34,421 nt of DNA from NCBI RefSeq assembly GCF_001194135.2, contig NC_068981.1, positions 72,246,827 through 72,281,247 of the forward strand. Reading direction: 5' to 3'. Positions 11,186-22,719 of the stretch are shown here, in pieces. The translations under genes and the position numbers were made by a program. The stretch's first letter is position 1. Every line of letters starts with the position of its first letter. The notes below the pieces were generated by a model. That model had not been told where the DNA came from. It saw only the letters and a list, made by a program, of their open reading frames with translations, and made no database searches. Origin of the DNA: Octopus bimaculoides (lineage: Eukaryota).

Positions 11186-12290
11186 ATGCGAACGTGTCAT
11201 CCGTATACTGTCGGTAGTGTCCTTTTCTTATCCAAGGATTGTAGTTCCTCTGTTCGCCATCGTAGCACTCTTACTCCAGATCTCAAGAGAGTAATTGCCC
11301 ACGAATTCATTGCTTGGAGCTTACGAGTAGTCTTCCTATGCAGTTTAGTCTTCAAAATCATTCTCTGACTTCTGTAATACTCCAATATAGAATATCTTCA
11401 TTTGACTTTCGATCAATTTTTCTACTTTCATCATGCCCAGATATCTTTGTCTAATCTTTTCATTACCTCTCCCATGAGCAATTTAATAACATCCACTTGT
11501 TGGACTTTAGCTCTTTTTAGAACCACACTTGTTCAGCCCAAATTTCATTCTAATGCCCGCACTAAAGCAATGCTCTGTTTGTATCAATGAATTTAGCTAG
11601 TTTTTCATCTTTCTCGTATAATTTTAGGCCGTCCATAAAAAAGATGATGGATTTTTACCGTTTCTTTCCTTGGACTCACACCCAGCTTTAGTGTCAACAG
11701 TAATCATACATAAAACAAAAATCAATGGTGACAAGCTATCTCAGAAGATCCTACGCTTGTTGTTGACAAAGCCCAAGCCTTGCCTCCCCAGTGTAAGTCC
11801 AGTGGTCCATCCATTCGTACTTAGGCTGAATAGATTCACGAGATTGTGTGCAATTCCAAATATTTTCAAGCAATACATGATCCACGAACGAGGAACCATA
11901 TCGTATGCTCTCTGCTAGTCTGTCTTCACTATCTCTAAGTTGGGTTTTGTGCTCTTTTGCAGTCTTTCAGTACTGTTTTATTTATCAATAGTTGATATTT
12001 GGTTACTTTACACCTATTTTTGCACCCTTTTTGCTCTTCTGTTAAGATATTCCGCTGATCCCTGAACACGTATGCATCATCCGTCAGTATCATGGTCACA
12101 TAGCAGTCAGACAGGATATTGGTCTGAAGCTGTCAACAGTTTTTCCCCCCTGATGCTCCTTGCTAGGACAATGTTGTTCTGGCTTTGGGCAACCAACCTG
12201 AAATTTCTGTATGAATTTCAAGTAATGTGCTTCACTGTTCCATCTTTTCGTGGCACTTCTTTTGGTCCGTTATCTCTCCGTGGCCATAAA
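11186..12290 (-). pseudogene. R4/Dong-like (RLE-type) LINE reverse transcriptase remnant 1
   Basis: Minus-strand translation gives FRPISCL, LTEEQKGC…QLLINKTVLKDCK, AYDMVPRSWIMYCLKIFG, KRRIF*DSLSPLIFVLCMI, FMDGLKLY (YADD position), IRMKFGLNKC, YLGM and ILKTKL…AMNSWAITLLR. Clade assigned from motif recall. Confidence 0.88.
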
Positions 12291-12296
12291 TATATA

Positions 12297-12365
12297 GTAC
12301 CAGTCAAGTACTGGGATCAATGTAATCGACTAAACCCACCTCTCAAGATTGTTAGCCTAAAGCAA

Positions 12366-12404
<39 letters not shown>

Positions 12405-12555
12405 GGTGTTGATTTGTCGGAAAAATACCTACAGGTATTTCTTTTACCTCACGTTCTGGGTTCAAATCCCACCGTGGTCAACCTTGCCTTTCATCTTTTT
12501 GGGATCGATAAAATACAGTACTAGTTAAGTATTGGGGTTGATGTAATCGATTGTA
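12297..12555 (+). mobile_element. Head-to-tail SINE family B dimer separated by a (TTA)n tail
   Basis: A 3' half at 12297-12365, (TTA)n at 12367-12403, then a second unit with GGGTTCAAATCCC…CCTTGCCTTTCATC…GATAAAATACAGTAC…GGGGTTGATGTAATCGAT. Confidence 0.8.
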
Positions 12556-12819
12556 TATCTAGTGATATGTAACTAAAGAAAGTGCCTCCTTGCCTGAGAG
12601 ATTTATTCAAGATTGAGAAAGGAGAAAAAGTGACTTGACAGAAAAAGGGTGACCAATTGCCAAAAACAAAACAAAATAATTTTTTTAAGGAATCCTTATG
12701 TGATGTGTGGAATTATATTTTCTCTATTTATCGGAACAAAGAATATAAGAATAAGTACCTAGTTTCCAAAACTAAAGATGGAGCAAAAAACAGGTACATT
12801 TGGTGCATCACATTTCTGC

Positions 12820-12900
12820 GTGTGTATGTGAGTGTGTGTGCATGTGTGTGTGTGTGCATGTGTGTGTGTGTGTGTGTGTGTGTATTTGTGTGTGTGTGTG
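12820..12900. repeat. (TG)n microsatellite
   Basis: Directly visible. Confidence 0.97.
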
Positions 12901-13432
12901 TCTTTTAGTTTTTGTTTACTTATACGCATCAACAAATGAGCCAATTGAAAACTCTGCGTGGTTGTTCAATTTGCTAGAAATAATAGCCAAATATCTCTCA
13001 TACTATGCTATTGTTACTATTAAGAAAAGGGAAAAAAATAGAATTAATATTTTTGATTTTGTTCGGCTCTATGAATTAAAAAAAAAAATTTTGTCCATTA
13101 CTTGATACAAGAAAAAAGAAATTGGAAAAATCCTGACCAAAACGGAGAAATTGTAACTTAACAAAAAATATAGAAAGAGAACGAAAAAGTTGTATTCGAA
13201 AGCCAAAATATGTTTTTTAGCTGAAGTGTAATTTTACAGTTAAAACAAAGTCAAAATTTAAATTTCGGAACATAAGACTGACTCGGTTATCTGGTGTATG
13301 GCCGAATTAAATGGGTAGAAGACCTAAAACAAATGTGTCTGTGTGGTTGGACCTTTAATAGCCAGGTGTCAATTTCAGTTCAGTTGTAGAAAGGAATTCA
13401 AATACCTATCAGCCACTCAGTTTCAAGCTGTC

Positions 13433-13515
13433 ATCTCTCTCTCTCTCTTTCTCTCTCACTCTCTCTCTCTTTCTCTCTCACTCTCTCTCTCACTTTCTCT
13501 TTCACTTCCTCTCTC
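13433..13515. repeat. (CT)n microsatellite
   Basis: Directly visible. Confidence 0.96.
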
Positions 13516-13781
13516 CCTTATTGGACACACGCCTCAAATTTAAATATCTTAATTTTCTCATTAAGACCGTTGCTGCTTCGGTGACCCAGTAGGCATAGGT
13601 GTTGAGAAGTAGTAATACAACACATAATAGGTGGCAGTTCCAAATCTCTTCCAGAAATTGCAAGAGATTTAGTTAAAAACTTTTATTTTAGCAACACAAT
13701 TTTTTCAACAATTTCTTTCTCTTAAGCGTGACACACGCGTCAGGTACGTACAAAAAACAAATTGGCGTATTAACATTAGTG

Positions 13782-14010
13782 ATAATAATAAAAATGATTT
13801 CAAATTTTGGCACAAGGCCCGAAATTTCGGGTAAGGGGGAGTAAATCTATTACATCGACCACAGTACTCAGTTAGTACTTAATTTATCGACCCCGATTGG
13901 ATGAAATGCAATGTCGACCTCAGTAGTATTTGAACTCGGAACGTCAGGACGGACAAAATGTCACTAAGCATTTTATCCGGCGCGTTAAGTGTTTTGCCAA
14001 TTCGTCACCC

Positions 14011-14063
<53 letters not shown>

Positions 14064-14335
14064 GTTTCAAATTTTGCTACAAGGGCAACCTTTTGGGGAC
14101 GGGGATAAGTCGATTACATGGACCCCAGTGTTTTACTGGTACTTAATTTATCGACCTCGAAAGGATGAAAGGCAAAGTCGACCTCGGCGGAATTTGAACT
14201 CAGAACGTAACGACAGATAAAATATCGCTAGGCACTTCGCCTGGCGTGTTAACGATTCTTTTCTACTATAGGGCACAAGGCCTGAAATTTGGCGGGAGGG
14301 GACCTGTTGATTAGCTCGATCCCATTTTGTCCTGC
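13782..14335 (-). mobile_element. Head-to-tail SINE family B trimer
   Basis: Units at 13782-14010, 14011-14258 (its (TTA)n tail at 14011-14060) and a 3' fragment at about 14260-14335. Each shares the 3' segment, e.g. TTTCAAATTTTGGCACAAGG; the two longer units also carry the central domain. Confidence 0.88.
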
Positions 14336-14449
14336 ACAGTGACAATTCTGCCTTAATAGTAGTAATAATAACAATAGTAATTCTCATTAGTTGCAAACGG
14401 CTCGCAAATAGTATACAATAAAATGTTACAAAAATATGAAAGTTACAAT

Positions 14450-15660
14450 ATATGTGGGACTGAGCCAAGTTATATCGAAAAATCAAAGAGGCTAAATGGG
14501 ATTATTTTCAGAACAGGTCTGTAGATTTAGAGGTTTGTTGGTTCTTTACTCTAGAGGTTTAAGATGGTTTTCTTCTCCGTAACTCCCTTCTTATATGGTA
14601 TTTGACACATTCAACAAATCCTCAAATGTGTTTGCAAGCACTTAGTGCATTTGATATTTAAGTGGAAATTTGAACATTATCACTCCTTACACTTTTTCCC
14701 ATTTTTCGTATCGACATTGAACTGATTTCTAGTTTGTTTTACCTAGTTTTTTAAGGTAAAAATCTATTGTGATTAGTGTTCAACTGTTTGGTTTGTTCAA
14801 AGAATCGTTGTCGCCTTTATATTGAAATATTCTTTGCAATTCAGCGAGAATTTCTTGGCCTAGAAGTATTTTTATTTCAGGTGCGCCCTTTTTGTTTTGT
14901 TGCGTCTTTCTGTAGTATTTGCCTTACGTTCTATTCTATTCATTATTAAGGATCGCGAGATTTTTTCTTTAACCTTCTTTCTGTGTATGTTTGCTTTTCA
15001 CGTTGTTTACTTCATATGTGGCGTCCTTATATGAATAGGTTTTAGGAAGTACTTTCTTTGTGATTAATGTGGCTCTTACATCATTGTCCTGATAATATTG
15101 ATATTTCACTCAGTCTACGATGGCCAGATTTGCGTAATTTTTTGTTGTGCATATTTCTTTTCTTTTTTTTTTTTTTGTTAAGTAAGGGTTTTCACTGATC
15201 CATAAGGAGATCTATCGATTTTTATATTCTTCAGATATCTCTTCCTTGAGATTACTGATATATTCAAAAGTTCCAACTGAAGAATGCTCTTTTCTTAAAT
15301 CTTTTTTGTATTGCCTTTTATACATATATTTTCTTTTGTATAGTTCTAGTTCTGCTTTTCTTGGTTAGTCCTCTGTAGATAATGCTGAGTTTTATTTTGA
15401 TGTTAACATTTATTATTTTTGTGTTTTTCATATGTTACGTCTAACTTTGTTATTTGCGTTCTCAAATTCCATACCCTTAATATACAGATTATAGTGTTTG
15501 CAATTTTGTCGTTTGCTTTTGTTCACTGTTTCTCAATTCGTTATGTTTTCCTTTTAAATGTTCTATTTCTATGCTTGGTATCACTTTGGACTTGAGAATG
15601 TATACTCTTAATTATCTTGTCTGTTTGGATCCATAGTTAAATTTATATGATGATTATTTA
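14450..15660 (-). mobile_element. Highly decayed R4/Dong-like LINE, region N-terminal to RT
   Basis: A-rich minus strand with RQRFFEQTKQLNTNHNRF, resembling the pre-RT QNRxFxTNxKRFY segment of R4-type ORFs. Many indels. Confidence 0.5.
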
Positions 15661-15699
15661 CTCGCCAGACATCATACATTTATTTTGTTTGGGGGAAAA

Positions 15700-15812
15700 T
15701 ATAGATGTAGAAAGGATGAAAGGCAAGGTCGACCTCGGTGGAATTTGAACCCAGAACGTAAAAACGGACAAAATACCGCTTAGCATACTACCCGGCGTGC
15801 TAACGATTCAAA
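15700..15812 (-). mobile_element. SINE family B, 5' portion
   Basis: GAAAGGATGAAAGGCAAGGTCGACCTCGGTGGAATTTGAACCCAGAACGTA…GCTAACGATTC. Confidence 0.88.
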
Positions 15813-15894
15813 CAATATGTGCATCTCTGACAACGGATGATATGTGCATTTTTGATCACGGACGATATGTTCAAATTGCATCATTCTTGTCTAC

Positions 15895-16495
15895 TCCCAT
15901 TACTTCTAGGTAGGTACAGACGGTCTACATTTGCCTTAGAGTGATGCATCTTCTTGGATATCAATAATTTTCTTGTCTTCCGGTCCAGCCGTTGGAGTTC
16001 CGTAGGATTCTAGTTAATGATGTTAAAACTGTACTGGACTACTAGAAGTGCCAGGGTGTGTTAATAGTTTCAGTGCGATTTTTAGAGTTGAGTTCAGTCT
16101 TATGTACAAGTCTATAGTACTCCTTTCTTATTTTTTCTTTTATAATAGCATGATGTATATCATTTCTTTCGTTTATTCCCAGGTATTTATAATTTCTTGT
16201 AGGTCAAGTTCCTTGATGGTAATGTCGATATCTGATTTGATGGAAGCTGTTTATCTGAGTTTGCCTCTTACAAAATTGCTTTAGCACACTCATCGAGACC
16301 AAAGTCCATCCCGATGTCGTTGCTAACCTCTTTAACAGTCGTTAACAGCCCTTCTAGTTCTTGCTAATTCCTTGCAAATAGCTTCATATCGTCCATGTGA
16401 AAAAGATGGTTTATTTTATTAAAAATTTGGTACCCATATCTGGTGTTATCCAATTCGTTTGAGAGTGGGATCAGTGCCTTGCGAAAAAAGTATTA
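15895..16495 (-). pseudogene. R4/Dong-like LINE reverse transcriptase remnant 2 (RT C-terminal half)
   Basis: ALIPLSNELDNTRYGY…INHLFHMDDMKLF…LLTTVKEVSNDIGMDFGLDECAKA…YKYLGINE…IKEKIRKEYYR…LQRLDRKTRKLL…KANVDRLYLPRSNG. Confidence 0.9.
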
Positions 16496-18586
16496 TTCAT
16501 GAGTCTTATTTTTATCGGGAGCTTTCGTTGCACTAATGAGCGCTGCTCTGTGGGCTTTGGGTATGTGCTGTGGTTTGTTTTGCTGTTAACTTTACTGTAT
16601 TGAAAATGCTTTAGGTAGGATAGATTCTGTTGAGTGAGGATTGCATTAGACTAAGATTATTTTTCTTAGTATTTTGTGTCGTATTTCTCGGCCAAATACG
16701 TTAATCTAGTTCACATCACTGTCAAATATGAGATTTATATTATCTTAGAATATACCCACGATAGACAAGTGTGCTATCCGTGAAAATATGTATTTCTTAT
16801 ATTTTCATACTTTGAAACCGTAGCGAAAGACTGGGCCCGAGGAGCCACTCAGTGTTTAGGATACATTTATTTAGATGGCTTAAACAATGAAGAAAAAAAA
16901 AAAAGGAAAAGAAAAAGCATACTGTATAAAGATTTTAATAACTTTCTGAATGACCAATACCATTTCTAATTCCTACGCGTTCCATTAATTTCTTTTTCGG
17001 TGAATTACATTTAATATTTGCATTTTATAAGTGATTGTTTGAAGTCGGACAGTGACTTAGATGGGGGCGTATTTATTATTACTAATTGGTATTTACTAAT
17101 GAATGAAATATTTAAAGGTTCTTAGTTTAAGTATTTGCCATAGTTTATTGATGAGAGGACATTGAAACATTTGTAGTCATATTATTTATCATGCATATTT
17201 AAACCAATTTTAAATGTCTTTTAATACTCATCTGTTTTATACTTCAGTAGGATTCTGTCGGTGTGATAATAATATAACAGTTTTCTGAGTTTCAGTAAAA
17301 TATTAACAAATATTTCTCCAAGTAGAAATATGTTACATTAGGTTACAAACTACTTCAATTGAAAAAAAAACAAAAAAACTGTTAATCAGTCGGTCATTTA
17401 ATCACATGATCATGATAAAATGATTTTACATTAAGCTGTGTCTTTATTTATTTATTTGTTTCATTTTGGTATCACGCTACACAAACGTTACACATTTTGA
17501 CATTATACCAAAATGGATTATATGCTAAATGAAGAATAAAATAAGATAAAAATGTGAGAGAAAACCAAATATAGAGAGCCTCTTAAATACAAGTCATTAA
17601 TTCTTCTATCTCATAATTAGGAAAATTTCCCTTGTGTTCAACTAAGACTATTAAATTTGTTTTAGCATTTCAACATAACTGTACATCAGAAATATTATTG
17701 TCGTAAGGCTTCAAGTATTATCCCACACAAAGGTTTTCAATTGTCCATTCACTTTTATGGCTTTAATATCAACATTTACAAAGTATCTATCGCCAAAATT
17801 AATCTAGGAACTAATTAGTTTTTGGTTTGAAACTGTTAGAAAAATGTTTATGGTTCATACGACATATATAAAATAAAATCTTAAGTCAGTATTTATTTTT
17901 CATTGTTTCTAGAGAACTAATTATTGGAACTGATACACATTAACTTTCTCAATAAAAGATTTCTTGTTTTTCTTTTCTTTTCTTAGTGGTTGTTTCGTTT
18001 ATTGTCACTGTCTTATTCAACTATCATGTATTTCAAGCCCATTTTTCTATGTGTAAATTAATTTTCCAAACTTTCATTTCATGATATTTATAGGTTAAAT
18101 AATTGAATCAATCAACATATAAGTAATTGCTAGTATGACGTAATGAGGTGTTATAAAATTTGAACACGTTTTTTTTTAAGGAAGAGAATACCGATCTTTA
18201 TACTGAAAACGGTAGATTTTAAATCAAGGCAGAAACAGTGGCAAACAAAAATATGTGAATGGAGATATGGTTATATTCTTTTAAAATATTCTACTAATAA
18301 ACCCCAAAAGTACTTTTGCTCTTAGCATAGTGAAATATTTCGAGAACTGTTTCAGCACTTTAGATTGTAAAGCCTCAGATATTGTTTTACCGTACATGTC
18401 ATTATATACACATTGAGAATTTATATTTCTTTTAGTTGTTATGTTACATCAATGGATTGCTGAGGAAATTGGGAATTTATTCACTTATTCACGTTCACAT
18501 TTTCTTTATATATCAATACAAACACTCTGTTTAAAAATGGTATCATATTTACTGCTCAACTTTCGTTAGTGTACCAAAGAAATGTT

Positions 18587-18588
<2 letters not shown>

Positions 18589-18636
<48 letters not shown>

Positions 18637-18679
18637 GTCTGTCTGTCTGTCTGTCTGTCTGCCTGCCTGTGTGTCTGAC

Positions 18680-18717
<38 letters not shown>
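18589..18717. repeat. Compound (ATCT)n(GTCT)n microsatellite
   Basis: Directly visible. Confidence 0.97.
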
Positions 18718-18718
<1 letters not shown>

Positions 18719-18871
18719 GTATACACACATGTGAATCGTTGGCTATTTTTTTCCCTCCGTCTTCCTTTTTTATTGGACTTTCCTACGTTTCTGAAGAAGA
18801 GCTTTACTCCAAACGTTAAACTATTTTTCTTTCCTTCCCTGGGCGTCTGCTATTACTTCACATGCACCATG

Positions 18872-19460
18872 NNNNNNNNNNNNNNNNNNNNNNNNNNNNN
18901 NNNNNNNNNNNNNNNNNNNNNNNNNNNNNNNNNNNNNNNNNNNNNNNNNNNNNNNNNNNNNNNNNNNNNNNNNNNNNNNNNNNNNNNNNNNNNNNNNNNN
19001 NNNNNNNNNNNNNNNNNNNNNNNNNNNNNNNNNNNNNNNNNNNNNNNNNNNNNNNNNNNNNNNNNNNNNNNNNNNNNNNNNNNNNNNNNNNNNNNNNNNN
19101 NNNNNNNNNNNNNNNNNNNNNNNNNNNNNNNNNNNNNNNNNNNNNNNNNNNNNNNNNNNNNNNNNNNNNNNNNNNNNNNNNNNNNNNNNNNNNNNNNNNN
19201 NNNNNNNNNNNNNNNNNNNNNNNNNNNNNNNNNNNNNNNNNNNNNNNNNNNNNNNNNNNNNNNNNNNNNNNNNNNNNNNNNNNNNNNNNNNNNNNNNNNN
19301 NNNNNNNNNNNNNNNNNNNNNNNNNNNNNNNNNNNNNNNNNNNNNNNNNNNNNNNNNNNNNNNNNNNNNNNNNNNNNNNNNNNNNNNNNNNNNNNNNNNN
19401 NNNNNNNNNNNNNNNNNNNNNNNNNNNNNNNNNNNNNNNNNNNNNNNNNNNNNNNNNNNN
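18872..19460. other. Assembly gap
   Basis: N run. Confidence 0.99.
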
Positions 19461-20199
19461 ATATATTACACGCGCGTGTAAGAAGGCTATAAATAAACAG
19501 TAAAATCATTAAAAAAATAATTAGTGACTTATATTTCTAATTTTAGAGATTTTTACAACCAAGTTTTTTTTTTAATGTTCAAAAACGTTTATTGTAAGTA
19601 CTCTTTATAGATAACTTATAGATAACTAATGTTTAATAGTTTTAAATAAACGTATTGCAAGAAGCAACTTAATATTCAGTATGAATGTAAGTGACATATA
19701 TTTCAGAATGTTATTTAATGTCGCATTGTATAATGTAAGATTATCAGCATTAGTATTGCAAAGAATTAAAATTTTTAATAAAATTAAAATGATTTAACAT
19801 ACATCTACCCACGCTATTTCCATGGTTAGAAAGGAGTTAGATATCTGATTTGGCATGGTTTCAATTTTTACCTGCTCAACAGAGATGAGTTCAAAACCAC
19901 TGCTGACATTTCCTTATGTTTATGATTATAACACTTTATTGTACAAAGCTTTAGTTCAATCAGCAATTGATAATAATTAATAGGTCATCTTGGAATGCTA
20001 TATAAAACAAAATGTTCTCCGTATCTCTATTGCGCTCCATAGCCTTAAAGCGACGTTCAAGATTGGCATTCTCGGAGCCTTCTAAGATTGTGAGACAGTT
20101 ATATTGCATGCATCAAATATCCCAATGGATAAGATGTTGGCAGAAAACCTATAAGCAATGAAGTTCAGCTATCCTGATTGCAAGTTATCATGTTTTTAG

Positions 20200-20307
20200 A
20201 AAAGCACAATTATTTCTATATAACATCATACCTGTTGAAAACATACAAGATAATCTGGGAGTGATACAAATGAGACTTATTCATTTTTCAACTTCTCTAT
20301 ACCATAG
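20200..20307 (+). CDS. Candidate internal exon (108 nt, phase 2-2), product unknown
   Basis: Acceptor TGTTTTTAG|A, donor AG|GTAAGG and one open frame, KAQLFLYNIIPVENIQDNLGVIQMRLIHFSTSLYH. No homology recognised; could be chance. Confidence 0.2.
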
Positions 20308-20554
20308 GTAAGGATTTGCTATAAAACGATTTTTGATATTTGAAAATCATTTAGATAAAATTACATTGTGATATATGAAATCCATCTAGAAAGCTTAAAT
20401 TCGGTAGGTTAGGTCCTTACTAGCCAAGTAAACGTTTGCTTCAAATTTATTCAGTAAGCTGTTTGGCAATGAGTGACTAATATATTTAAATATGCATGTT
20501 GTTCTACTATTTATTCATAGCATAAGAACAAGGCCTCACATTTGGGATGAAAAT

Positions 20555-20712
20555 TATTATCGAGTAAATCAACCACCAGTTCTGACTGATGCTAGGATGA
20601 AAGACAAATCCCACATTAGTGGAATTTGAACTAAGAAAGTAAAAGGATGTAACTAAATACCGTAAAGTATTTTGTGTGAGGCTCCGCTCTGTTTTCCAAT
20701 CTGCCATCCTTT
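20555..20712 (-). mobile_element. Degenerate SINE family B
   Basis: GGATGAAAGACAAATCCCACATTAGTGGAATTTGAACTAAG…TCTGCCATCC matches the reverse complement of the family B core and head. Confidence 0.7.
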
Positions 20713-20965
20713 TGTTCTCATATTATTAAGAATTAGAATCTACAGTTCTGCAAATGTATTAATGATATAATTAGTAGTCTATTTGACTGTAATTTGAATG
20801 TCTTACTAGATTTATAAAACAAATTTGATAGACGAATTATTGATTAATTTTTATATGAAAGTTGATTTATTTCTCCCTTTACTATTCTATTTTTGATTCT
20901 CAGCTACCATATAAATTAAATGTAAACAAACTTACATCTTTTTTGTTTCTTTTTTTTTTTTGCAG

Positions 20966-21002
20966 CTTTACTACTATTGACATGCCTGCTTATTGGCAAT
21001 GA
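20966..21002 (+). CDS. Candidate terminal coding exon (…FTTIDMPAYWQ*)
   Basis: Very strong acceptor (long T tract then TGCAG|), phase-compatible with 20200-20307. Otherwise unsupported. Confidence 0.18.
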
Positions 21003-21969
21003 TTTCATACCTTAGTAAAATAACAGAAATGTAACCAAATTTAAATATTTATAATTATTTTAATTAAATGTTTCGAAAAATATCACTTGTTTCTAATCTA
21101 AAAGTGAATTTTTTTTTATTGGTAAAAGAAGACCCGAGTTCAAGTTTCGTTTTATTGTTTTATAATATATGCTTTTCATATCTCTCATATGGGGATAAAA
21201 AGATTATAAATATATTTAAAATATAGCTTATATAAAGAAAAGTAAAAATATCTGTAACTCATCACATATATTTGTGGGAGGTTTTCTTTTATGTCGTAAA
21301 TCATTATGAAAGCATTAACTACAGTTTGCCTCATTAGTCGGAAGGCTGTTTTATCTACATTTTCTCCAACTTCATAGAGTTTGGTCATCTACTTGTCTTG
21401 AGTCTGGACGTTAGATAATCACTTCAGTTCTTCGTTATCTTGTATCGGTTGTGATATATTTCCATGATATTGTCATCATAATTGGTGGGATACTTTAACA
21501 AGTAAGTGTGCTTCAAATAATATGACTAGCTTTTATGGCAATACACATAAGTTTAGAAGCAATGTTCCCTTTGATCTGCAGAAATTTTATTCGATACTAA
21601 GCAGTTCAAAGACTCTCGGAACTTTTGATGCTGTTACTGCTTCAAGAGCATTTTTTGCAATATATTTCATTATTTAACCTTAAGTATCTGTTGGAAATTA
21701 TCTCCCTAAAATATTACCTCATTTCTCAGCAACTACCTAATTTTGTTTGCGGTCATTTCCAGGGATGATATTATTATGAGTTCTTTGGCTTTTCTGATCA
21801 AGTAACAATAAATCTTAAGTAGACAGTTTAAATTGACTTTGCTAAGGGAGTGAAATTGTCAGCTGCTTAATCAATTTCTCTATCTTTGTATCTCTCTCTC
21901 TTTCATTCTCTTTGCACACATACGCACGCAAATATATGTATAAAGTTTTTTTTTCCACTTGTTGAAACT

Positions 21970-22580
21970 GAGGTAGGGCACGTGTCTATTTCTTTTCCAG
22001 ACCCTCCAAGACCTGAGTGAGTGATGTTATTTATTGTTTTTCCTTGAACCTATGTAAGTCAATGCTTGCGGGAATGATATGAGCACAGAAGGAATTTTAA
22101 TGATCTAGTGTTCTGGGAAGGAAGGACTGGATGTAGCGATTCATGCAAGGCTTGGAGTGTTGTATACAACTAGGTTGATAATAGAAGAGGCATATAGAAC
22201 GAGAATGATTCACTGGAAGTGGTGTGAGCCCAGCCAGTACCGAGTAACAGAGACCATTGTAATAACGATAGAAATGGCAGGATAGAGTGGACAGTGCACT
22301 CATGGGCCAGAGGTTGTGAGTAACTTTACCCAATTCAGTTTGATGACACTTTTCTGGATGACTGTATGTGCAATAGCAACAATATTGTCCCGAATATAAG
22401 AGCAATACTCCATTGTTGGCATTACCTACACCTTGTAGAGCATCAATAATCGCTGGGTTATAAAGTATCCTCTTACTCCACGATACTTGTATTTACATTA
22501 CGTTTCGATATTCCATCGCTACCAGATGTATTGTTCCACAATGTGCACATATAGTTCCCGACAGGGCTCTAACTAGGAAC
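21970..22580 (-). mobile_element. CR1/L2-group LINE 3' end remnant
   Basis: LYKV*VMPTMEYCSYI… and SALSTLSCHFYRYYNGLCYSVLAGLTPLP…SFLPRT resemble the post-RT RPxMEYCSHIW…SLSLFYRYY…SFFPRT motifs. Confidence 0.75.
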
Positions 22581-22719
22581 CTTTATTTCAAAGTGAAATG
22601 TAATTATGTTCTTTACCAAGCTACAGATGCGTTTACAATTTTTTAAAAATACATCAATAACGTCAGTTACTGGTACATTAAAAAAAAACTTACTAACAGC
22701 ATTATCAGCAAGCATTATA

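Noticed and set aside
20966-21015. Alternative frame LLLLTCLLIGNDFIP resembling the GNDF motif of XRN/FAM120 nucleases
   Set aside because: It is only a 4-residue match followed immediately by a stop or weak donor, and no other nuclease exons are seen.
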